Under the pieces are notes generated by a model. The model did no database searches, was not told where the DNA came from, and was given only the letters and a program-made list of their open reading frames with translations. The position numbers and the translations under genes were made by a program. Shown here piece by piece: positions 54,340 through 64,000 of a stretch of DNA of 64,000 nucleotides (position 1 is its first letter; the number at the start of each line of letters is the position of its first letter). Source of the stretch: Octopus vulgaris. Lineage: Eukaryota. The stretch is taken from assembly GCA_951406725.2 (NCBI GenBank), contig OX597819.1:109554001-109618000 (forward strand), read 5' to 3'.

Positions 54340-55932
54340 GGATAAATGTTGCTATTTGGTTGCGAAGAGAGGGAAAACTGTAAAACAGTCTAACATCTTC
54401 ATTAATGACTTGATTGTTTCGCCTGTATCTAACGAGGAATGTTGCAGGTACCTTGGGGAGAATGAAAACATATCTTACGATGGTACCTGTAGCATAACAC
54501 GTGTCACTAGAGAATATTACTGCTGAATAAAAGAAAATATTGACCTCGGAACCCTCTGGTTCAATAAAACTAGCCCACAATGTGTTTGCAGTGCAAGTAC
54601 CCATATCAACATTTGGGCTACTTGATTGGACGCTTGATGAGGTCCGAACAATTGATGTGAAAACCCGGAAGATACTAACCAGCACACATAATTTCCACAT
54701 CAACAGTAACGTAGAACACCTCTACCTAAAACGAAAGCAAGGCAGCTGAGGCTTAACATCGATCCAGACTGCCTTTGCATGTCGTATTATATATCTTCGG
54801 CAACATCTTTTAACTACCAAGGTTCGAAGTGCATCCCTTGACCAAGTTTGCATACATGAGGCTGATAACATCATAAGACTTGGAAAGCAGCTCCTTGAGT
54901 ACCATTCCTTGTCTGATAACTTTAAATACATGTCCAAAGAAGTCGCACGACTCAACCATAACTTATCATCAGAAGACCTTGCATGGATGTTAGTAGAAAG
55001 CTCCGGGATGATAGTAGCATTGATCATCAAAGTACTCTGTCATGGTCCAACAACCATATTACTAACTTCCATTTTGAAGGGTGTGTGTTTGCAGTTTAAG
55101 AACAAGAAATATCAACCAAATATCCGAGGCACAAAAGAGAAAGAGACGCAGGAAAAGCAGCAATATGTGATAACCGATGCAGACTTTGTGGAGTTAACAC
55201 TGAAGATATTACTCACATCATATGCTGTTGTTCAAAAGTGTCATCACGATGTACCTACCGATGAGACATGATGTAACAAGGACACTCTATAATGAGATCC
55301 GCAGGAAGGATAATTCTGAGGTAAAAATAAGAACCTATAATACGGTAGAAGCCATAGTCACGCTTGATAAAAAGGAGTCCCAGTGAAAACCTTAATAAAA
55401 TGTAAGCACAATAGACCTGAAATAATGATTTGGGATAGAGAAGAGAAACTCTACAGTTGTAGAAATCAGCTACCCAGCGGATGTTAACATAAAGCTGAAG
55501 ATCAGCGAAAAAGAAAATACCTACGTTGAACTATTGAGGAATCTACAAATTACAAGTTCAGGTTTATATCTGTAATAATTGGAGCACAGGGATATATTAC
55601 ACAATGCCTAAATACCAATCTTGAGAAATTAGGCCTTTCAAAACCAGAAAGGAGAAAGCTGATTTGAAGGCTACAGATCTAGTCTATCAATGGAACTGTA
55701 AAAATCTGTAAAATTTTCCAGAAGTTTATCATTAAATGTATATGAGCATGTCTAGACATGCAACTATATGCATAAGAATACATATAGAAAATAAAACACA
55801 CAAATCTGTACATATACTTACATACAAAAATACTCTGTTGATGTTGAAATTTCAATGACGGAACCTTGGATCTTTGTTAGAAATCATCTCTTTCTCTATT
55901 GGCCAGAAATCTTGAAATAAAACTGAATAATG
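54340..55932 (+). mobile_element. 5'-truncated non-LTR retrotransposon with restriction-like endonuclease (R4/Dong-like)
   Basis: TFGLLDWTLDEVRTIDVKTRKIL..LYLKRKQG, EQEISTK, CCHC knuckle CRLCGVNTEDITHIICCC, RHD, HNRPEIMIWD..VVEISYP..KISEKENTY; frameshifts and stops. Confidence 0.88.
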
Positions 55933-56158
55933 ACATACATACATACATACATACATACATACATACATACATACATACATACATACATACATACATACAT
56001 ACATACATACATACATACAAACATACATACATACATACATACATACATACATACATACATACATACATACATACATACATACATACATACATGCATGCAT
56101 GCATACATACATACATACATACATACATACATACATACATACATACATACATACATAC
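55933..56158. repeat. (CATA)n microsatellite
   Basis: Direct reading. Confidence 0.95.
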
Positions 56159-56992
56159 ACTTTATTAAATACTTTCGTTGTTGCATAAACGGTTTCTGAA
56201 CTAATCATGGCGACCAAATCTCTTTCGAATTGCATACCACTCTATTAAAATAATAAAAAGAAGATAATCCTTGATACTATAGGCCTCATTTCAACAACGC
56301 CACAACCATTGCACGATCCTTTGACATCTTTAATAGACCCGACTCTGCTGCAAGCAATCATAGCAGATGCCACACATTCCTTGGTTTCCTCGCCACTCTG
56401 AAAGTCATTCTGGTAAACAAACATGCAGATGCTCAAGCCAGGTATCAGTCGTTTCACTTAAAACCCCTTTCAACCAATCTGTGATAGCCTACGCCTCTTA
56501 TCCTGGGTACGAAAGAAAAAAATGTTAAGCGCAATCCTTAAATATTATAGCTTCATAAATAGCGTATCGTCTGGCTTCTTCATTTTAAATTTTATTTACG
56601 TCACAATTTTAAGATCGTAATACAACAAGTTAACACATAACCCTCAAGCTACCATATAAGTTTTCAAAGGAGAGTTAAATCCATTCCAACGACAAATAAA
56701 ATCAGATTATTTTCATTCTTTGAACTGCATTCTGGGATTAAAACATAATAGCATATAACACTGTGTCGGCATTCTTTGATAATTCAGAAAAAAACGAATA
56801 TAAATACAAAAAAGAAACAACAAAATAACGAAGCTGCGTGCATTAGCAGAATAAAAGTGAAAGAAATTTCTTGATGTATGTATATATATATATATATATA
56901 TCGTCGATATAAAATATGTGAATATATGAAAGAATATAAACGTTAAAACAAACAAAAGAGATAGAATCAAGTCAATGAATCAATGTCCTCTA

Positions 56993-57078
<86 letters not shown>

Positions 57079-57157
57079 CACACAAGGGGACAATAAAAAG
57101 ATTAAGTATGTATGTATGTGTCTACACACGCGCGCGGGCGGCCGTAGGCATGTGCAT

Positions 57158-57210
<53 letters not shown>

Positions 57211-58069
57211 TTACATCAATATCTAAATAAATGTAAATATATGTATATATGAATCTGTCTGCCTGTCTCTCTTTTCATCTTTCTGTCTGTATGTGTGTGT
57301 GCATGTGTGAATATGTATGTATGTGTGTATGTATGTATGTATGTATGTATGTATGCATACACTCTTATACCAACCGAAACCCTGTTGATATAACCATTAA
57401 AAGCGTCTCATGTCGAATAACGCATTCACTGTTATGGATAATGGTTTAGCATTATTCTAATACAAAGGCACAATCAAAAGAGTATATATATATGTATGTA
57501 TGTAAATATATATATATACACACACACACTCATACGCACATACTCTTCCTCTTCTTCTTTGCATCTCATGTATATACAGCTTAATATATAACACAATTTA
57601 TACCTTCTACACTTACATACACATACAAACTGAAGCAAACATGCTTTTAACGTTTTTAATACCCGGAAGCATTAAAATGCTAAAGCACGAGGGAAAATAT
57701 ATGGCAAGAGAAAGAAAAGAAAGACATTATGAATAACTAATGATTAATATTAGTTTCATTTTTAAGGCAAATACGGGGAACAACCCTAAAATGCTTCGTA
57801 ATAAGAAACACAGAAAACAGTTACAAGAAATTATACATTGATTGGTATACAAAAATTGTTTTGAGCAGGGCTGGGATGATCGGCACATACGGTGAAATAT
57901 GAAACCCATCCTTATAATATAAAAAGAAAAAGAAAAAAGAAAAAAAAACAATCAGAAGAAGCAAAGCCCTTTTATGGCATAAGACCGAATCAGAAATTTA
58001 ATATCTGTTACATATTTACGAATTTGTAAAAATAAAATATCGTTATTTTTCTCAAACTTTGATCCACAG

Positions 58070-58636
58070 ATTATTACGGAAATACAAAAAGGTTCCTTAC
58101 TTCTGGTTTAGAGAATAACTTTGACGAAACTTAAGCATCAATTCCTCTTCTTGAAGGAATAAAGTTGAATGTGTTGAATAAAGTTGAAGATTTATAACAG
58201 TCTCTTATAATAATGCTTTAGCTACTAGCGGGTTCCAAGAAAAAAAAAATCTACTCTTTCAATCGGCCACCTTCTAATACTAGGAAGAGGTCTTGTAAAT
58301 TTAGCTGGTTATTCACCCTGATTTTCTTAAATCTAAGTTAAATATTGCCAGAAATGTTCTTAGACATATATTTCTGTATTCACAACAGCTACAGAAAACT
58401 ATCCAACAGGAGCTATAGCTTAACTCCAAGCATGAAATATTTTATAAAAGCCAAACCAACAAAATTAAAAGATACTTAGTGCACATTCCGGAACACCAAT
58501 GCTTGCCCCGTCGGCCAGTCATGCAATGCAGAGACGAGAGTATAAGAAACAGAAATCAGCTCTAAGCCAACTACAACACAGTACATAAACATTTCATTGG
58601 TATGATAGAATGTAGATTTAAGCTGTGTTTCATTAC
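58070..58636 (+). mobile_element. Penelope-like GIY-YIG remnant
   Basis: SYSLTPSMKYFI, RNTNACPVGQSC, KHFIGMIECRFKL (cf. SYSCxPNM, CPxxGxC, YIGxxExxFKxR). Confidence 0.65.
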
Positions 58637-58724
<88 letters not shown>

Positions 58725-58885
58725 AGGCCCCGGTGAGGCTGTGTGGAAAGAAGCTTGCTTCCCAATCACATGGTTCTGGGTTCAGTCTCACTGCGTGGCA
58801 CCTTGGGTAAGTGTATCCTACCATAGCCTCGGGCCGACCAAAGCCTTGTGGGTGGATTTGGTAGATGAAAACTATAAGAAGCCTG

Positions 58886-58941
<56 letters not shown>

Positions 58942-59112
58942 GTGTGTGTCTCTGTTCACCCCTGCCATCATTCACAACCGATGTTGGTGTGTTTACGTCC
59001 CCCTAACTTAGCGGTTCGGCAAGAAAAGTTCCATAGAATAAGTACTAGGCTTACGAAGGATAAGTGCTGAGGTCGATTTCTTCGACTAAACCCCTTTAAG
59101 GCGGTGCTACAG
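58725..59112 (+). mobile_element. SINE group A, 3' tip interrupted
   Basis: Matches 17158-17570; stops at ggcggtgctacag. Confidence 0.9.
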
Positions 59113-59198
59113 TAAAACAATATATTCACATACAATAGAAATACAAAATGGCTGACGGTTAGTAAGGAGAGACACAAATAAGAAAGAAGAAAACAAAG

Positions 59199-59242
59199 GA
59201 CCACTGATGCGGTCACAGGAGTGTGACGAAAGAACTCTGGCC
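59199..59242 (+). ncRNA. Minimal hammerhead-like motif
   Basis: GACCA CUGAUGC G GUCACA GGAG UGUGAC GAAA GAAC UC UGGCC: 6-bp stem II, A9C change. Confidence 0.6.
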
Positions 59243-59356
59243 GAAATAAGATTAAGATTAATGTAAAAAATAAATAACACTGAAGCAAAATAACACCAAA
59301 TATATAGTGCGTGTGTTTTTATTGGCTAAACTGGCAAAATGATCATTCCGAAATAT

Positions 59357-59401
<45 letters not shown>

Positions 59402-59413
59402 TATTTTAAAAAG

Positions 59414-59501
59414 GTGTACATTTAAACACAAGAGAAAACTACCTTTTAACAGGTAATTTTTACTGTTAAAAGGTAGTTTTCTCTTGTGTTTAAATGTACA
59501 C
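59414..59501. repeat. Perfect 39-bp inverted repeat, 10-nt spacer
   Basis: 59414-59452 / 59463-59501. Confidence 0.95.
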
Positions 59502-59658
59502 TATAATTCTCTTTTACAGTATAACGATGCAGCTAACTGTCTTTATTAAGTTTTGTATACACATTTGCAGTCTGCTAAACAATCCATAAATTTTTATGGT
59601 AAATACATATATTCTGATGGGTGAAGTAACCCGGAATCTACCGAACGATCTGGTCTTA

Positions 59659-59704
59659 CTTACGATGATTACGGAAAAAGCCGAAACTGACCGGTCAGTC
59701 TAAG
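59659..59704 (+). ncRNA. Degenerate hammerhead-like motif with long palindromic stem III
   Basis: CUUA C-GAUGA UUACGGAAAAAGCC GAAAC UGACCGGUCA GUC UAAG. Confidence 0.55.
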
Positions 59705-59965
59705 GAATAGATGTCATGTGCTTTATAACAGCACTGAAGCATTTTAGCTCCTATTTCTTGCAATGTAGATGTCTTGTCATCCTTAGTCATGCTTAGTTGA
59801 CGACTATAATTCCTCTTTATGTTATAACATTGTAGCAAGCTGTTTTTATTAATTTTTGTAACAATGTATGTATTTATATATATATAAATCCTTAAATCCT
59901 TAAAAATGTTTTAGTCCGAGGGCCGCGGCCATGCTGGGGCACCACCGCTGAAAATGTGTAACAGA

Positions 59966-60032
59966 AGCCCCCTGTGAAGATCGAACTCACGACCCCTAGT
60001 TTACAAGACCAGTGTTCTAACCACTGAGCTAA
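59966..60032 (-). pseudogene. tRNA-Thr(TGT)-derived sequence lacking the 5' acceptor strand
   Basis: ttagctcagtggttagaacactggtctTGTaaactaggggtcgtgagttcgatcttcacagggggct; D, anticodon and T arms recognisable, with mismatches. Confidence 0.85.
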
Positions 60033-60141
60033 TAAAAAATAAAATAAAACGAAGAACAAACACAAAAAACACAAAAAAACAATGCGAGGACGTGGTACAT
60101 GTAAAGTATTAGCAGGCGCTCAGGGAAGGAAAGAAAGTTGC

Positions 60142-60174
60142 TTTTATGTTTCGAGCAAAGCTCTTCTTCAGAAA
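60142..60174 (-). ncRNA. Minimal hammerhead-like motif, same family as 40079-40113
   Basis: Minus strand: UUU CUGAAGA A GAGC UUU GCUC GAAAC AUA AAA; flanks homologous to 40000-40200. Confidence 0.6.
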
Positions 60175-60328
60175 CAGAGGAATGTCCAATAGAAAAGGAA
60201 AACGGAGGAAAAAAATCGCCAACGATTCACATGTCGTTACATTTTGAAATGACCCATATATATATGTATATTTACATATCCACGGAATATCATGGTTACA
60301 TCAAATACACACATTCCGGGGTTTGAAA

Positions 60329-60491
60329 AAATCGATGCAGATATAGAAAACTAGCTCTTCTGTTCGACAAAGATATTATGGTTGTTACATCAATTTTTCA
60401 ACTCAGGTATGTGTATACCGGAGTATAAAATTGCCGTAACCACGTTTTTCTGTCGAACTGAAGAGCTGACCTTCTATATCTGCATTGATTT
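60329..60491. repeat. Imperfect 163-bp palindrome (MITE-like)
   Basis: aaatcgatgcagatatagaa..agctcttc.gttcgaca / tgtcgaac.gaagagct..ttctatatctgcattgattt. Confidence 0.8.
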
Positions 60492-60659
60492 GTACTATGC
60501 AATTTAAAGAAGTGCAGACATAAAGTAATTTATTATAGACTACTAAAAATTATTTTTGCATGATGTTGGCTGCGAAACGGCTGTCATCTTATGGATATAA
60601 ACTGGTAAAATAAAAATATTCTTCCCATAACTCCTGACATTCTTTATATTATACTTTTT

Positions 60660-60818
60660 TACTCTTTTACTTGTTTCAGTCATTTGACTGCGGTCCCAGG
60701 ACTTATTCTTTGGAAGCCTAGTACTTATTCTATCGGTCTCTTTTGTCGAACCGCTAAGTTACGAGGACGTAAACACACCACCTTCGGTTGTCAAGCATTG
60801 TTGGGGAGACAAACACAG

Positions 60819-60866
<48 letters not shown>

Positions 60867-61417
60867 CTATATCTCTCTCTATATAAACGGAAGTTTGTCT
60901 GTGCGTTTTCTGTGTGTCTGTTTTCTCGTACCCTCACTCTGACCACGGCTTTCAACCGATTCTGATGAAACTTGACACACATAGCCCAATGTCATAATTC
61001 AAAACTAACGCAGCGAAAATTTTGAAAAGTTCCCCCAGTTCTGAAAAAAATCGATAAATTCGACATGGGGTCGAGAATTAGAAGCCAAAACCACAGACCG
61101 TCTAGGGGACGCAACTCTACCTTTTTTAACTCTCAAAAAAATTTACCAGCATTTTTTTTCCATTCTTTTACTATTTTTTGGCTATAACTCTCTAAAAATG
61201 CGTTATAGTTATTTCCCTTACAAACCTGAGCAACGCCGGGCGATACTGCTAGTATATATATATATATACATATATAAAACGGGCTTCTTTCAGTTTCCGT
61301 CTACCAAATCCACTCACAAGGCTTTGGTCGGCCCGAGGCCATAGTAGGAGACACTTGCCCAAGGTGTCACGCAGTGGGAATGAACTCTGAACCATGTGGT
61401 TCGTAAGCAAGCTACTT
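60660..61417 (-). mobile_element. SINE group A split by a Helitron
   Basis: 3' half 60660-60820, 5' half 61279-61417. Confidence 0.88.
60872..61252 (+). mobile_element. Non-autonomous Helitron
   Basis: 5' TC start (tctctctctatataaa), subterminal GC hairpin cctgagcaacgccggg, 3' CTAG, inserted between A and T, no TSD. Confidence 0.85.
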
Positions 61418-61431
61418 GAGAGAGATGGAGA

Positions 61432-61476
<45 letters not shown>

Positions 61477-62024
61477 ATAAAAGCGAGACGACATGAAAAT
61501 GGTTAATGGAAAAGAACAACAAAACAGGAAAATATTTCATTAGCTATGGGAACCAGAATCAATTGAACTGCAGCGCCTTTACACATTGACATATAAGCAT
61601 ACATGCATACATACATACATGCATACATACATACATACATACATACATACATACATACTTACATACATACGTACACACACATACATACATATATACATAC
61701 ATATGTATACACACACATACATACATACATACGTACATACATACACACATGCACACACATGTACACTGACTCATGTGGGTAAGGCTACGCGTTGTCATAG
61801 ATCTTCGCTGAAATAAAATTTTTTTACAGATATTGGTTTCCTGCCGATATTGCAGGATAGAGTAGCGTTCACACCATTTCACTGTGACGGTAATGATGAA
61901 GATGATGATTTATAATTATGATTATGGTGGTGATGATGAAGCTGATGATGGTAAGGAAGATCAATGAGAATCATGATGATATATGCATGTGCGTATACAC
62001 ATATTTGTTTGTCTAAGTGCATGA

Positions 62025-62060
<36 letters not shown>

Positions 62061-62064
62061 TCAT

Positions 62065-62112
<48 letters not shown>

Positions 62113-62167
62113 AATTATAAATTATACGCTCACTTACAAATCCATATATGTGTGTATATATGTATAT

Positions 62168-62506
62168 AGTAAAGACCCCCTTCGGTCATGAGTGACCATG
62201 GGTTTGCACCTAGAGAGTTACCCTCTGAGGCACAAGTCTGGGCAAGGTTGTTTTATGGAAGACCAGTAGTCGCCCATGCATACCGGCCTCCCCTCTCCAC
62301 GCCACCAGTGTTATCCAAGGGAAAGACAAAGGTCGATACAGCTTGGCACCTGTGACGTCGCAACTCATTTCTACAGCTGAGTGAACTGGAGCAACGTGAA
62401 ATAAAGTGTCTTGCTCAAGAACACAACACGCAGCCCGGTCCGGGATTCGAACTCACAACCTCACGATCGTAAGCTCGACGCTCTAACCACTGAGCCATGC
62501 GCCTTC
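62168..62506 (-). mobile_element. SINE group C with a further distinct tail
   Basis: Head tggctcagtggttagagcg..gttcgaatccc, ttgtgttcttgagcaagacact domain. Confidence 0.88.
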
Positions 62507-62584
62507 ATATATTCTTATATATATATATACATACATACACACATATACATATATATGTACATACATACATATATATATATGCAT

Positions 62585-62695
<111 letters not shown>

Positions 62696-62835
62696 CATAC
62701 ATATATATGAATATATAAATACATGACAAATGCATTAAATACTACAAAACTTACACGTAGGACAGACACAAGGACCCTAATCCTTCTTCGGTTATCGACC
62801 TTTTATTTATGCTCTCTATCTATCTCCCTCCCCCC

Positions 62836-62882
<47 letters not shown>

Positions 62883-63857
62883 ATGTAGAATATATGGATT
62901 TATATAATAGTGGTAAGAACAAAAATACACATATTCATATATATATATATATATACTGCTGTAGATGGTGAGGACGGTTACGATAATGATCATGATGAAG
63001 AGGTTTTTCGATTGATGCCGTTGGCTGTAGTAGTCGTGGTAGTAGTGCTACTATTAGTCGTAGTAATAGTAATAGTCGTCGTAGTAGTATTAGTGTTTGT
63101 TGTAGTAGTGGTAGTTGTGGAGGTGGTTGTGGTAGCTCTGCTAGTAAAAACCACGTAGTGGGTGTTGTTGTGTCGGCGGTGGTTGGAACAGGGTTAGTGA
63201 TGGTGGTTAGTGGTCGTGGTCGTAATGTCGGTGGTAGTAAGAGAAGAGTACACAACAGGATGCAATAACCGTATGAGTGTTAACAATATTCCCCTCCCTT
63301 TCCATTTTATGTCTCTCTCCCTCCCTTCCTCCCTTTTACACTCTTGTTCTTTCTTTCTCTGTTTTTTCCCCTCACCACAACTCCTTTCCATCCCTGACAC
63401 CTACACTCTTATTGACTCTTATTGACTCTTATTTTCTCAATGTCTTTCCCTCCACCCATCTAACCATTCATGCATCCGTGCTTCTCTCCATACTTTTGTT
63501 TCTCAATCACTCACCGCATTTTCGGATGCCTCCCTCTCACCGCTCCTCTTCCTTTAACCTCCTACTCCCATTCTCCTACTCAACCTTGAATCCAGCCGTC
63601 TCCTCATTTTGAAACCGTATCGAATCGCAGCCTTACGAATTATTGATTATTGATTGGCTAGAGTCAGCGTATAAAATACGAGTGAATTTATCCTTGTTTG
63701 TTTGTTTGGTTGTGTGTGTGTGTGTACGTGTGTGCATATGTGAGTGTGTGTTAGTTCGTGTGGTAATGTGTGTGTTGTGTGAATGCGCCATTAGAAGAGA
63801 AGTATACTGTATTGTATGTATGTATGTTATATATGCATATATATGTATATGTATATG

Positions 63858-63889
<32 letters not shown>

Positions 63890-64000
63890 TGTATGTATGT
63901 ATGTATGTATGTATGTATGTATATTATTTGCGTGCGTAACTACATGTGTATCAAAGTATGTGTTTGTATGTCTGTGTCTGTGTATATGTATGTGTATGTG

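Noticed and set aside
59966-60032. Functional tRNA-Thr gene
   Set aside because: The 5' acceptor strand is absent and there are mismatches in the arms.
60962-60972. ctgatgaaac inside the Helitron
   Set aside because: No stem II between CUGAUGA and GAAAC; a chance overlap.

Overview
AT-rich, microsatellite-dense eukaryotic DNA with no host gene or intact ORF that I can support; almost all ORF-track entries are translated microsatellites. The repeat content looks like an octopus/cephalopod intron or intergenic region (inference from recalled SINE types, not database-checked). The window holds three tRNA-derived SINE groups, decayed LINEs (CR1/L2-like, RTE-like, one restriction-like-endonuclease R4/Dong-like), Tc1/mariner and hAT remnants, a non-autonomous Helitron and at least six Penelope-like (GIY-YIG) remnants. 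Five things stand out. (1) About ten minimal hammerhead-ribozyme-like motifs of the Penelope type, including recurring U3:A8 and A6U core variants, mostly in short inserts near (TA)n tracts. (2) Several fold-back (inverted-repeat) inserts, one with a target-site duplication (TSD). (3) A SINE inserted as 1-4 head-to-tail units inside a single TSD. (4) SINE heads joined to interchangeable tails, one with a covarying 3' stem-loop. (5) Two unrelated mariner derivatives each built from two inward-facing 5' ends. Coordinates were read by eye, so the boundaries of decayed elements are approximate.
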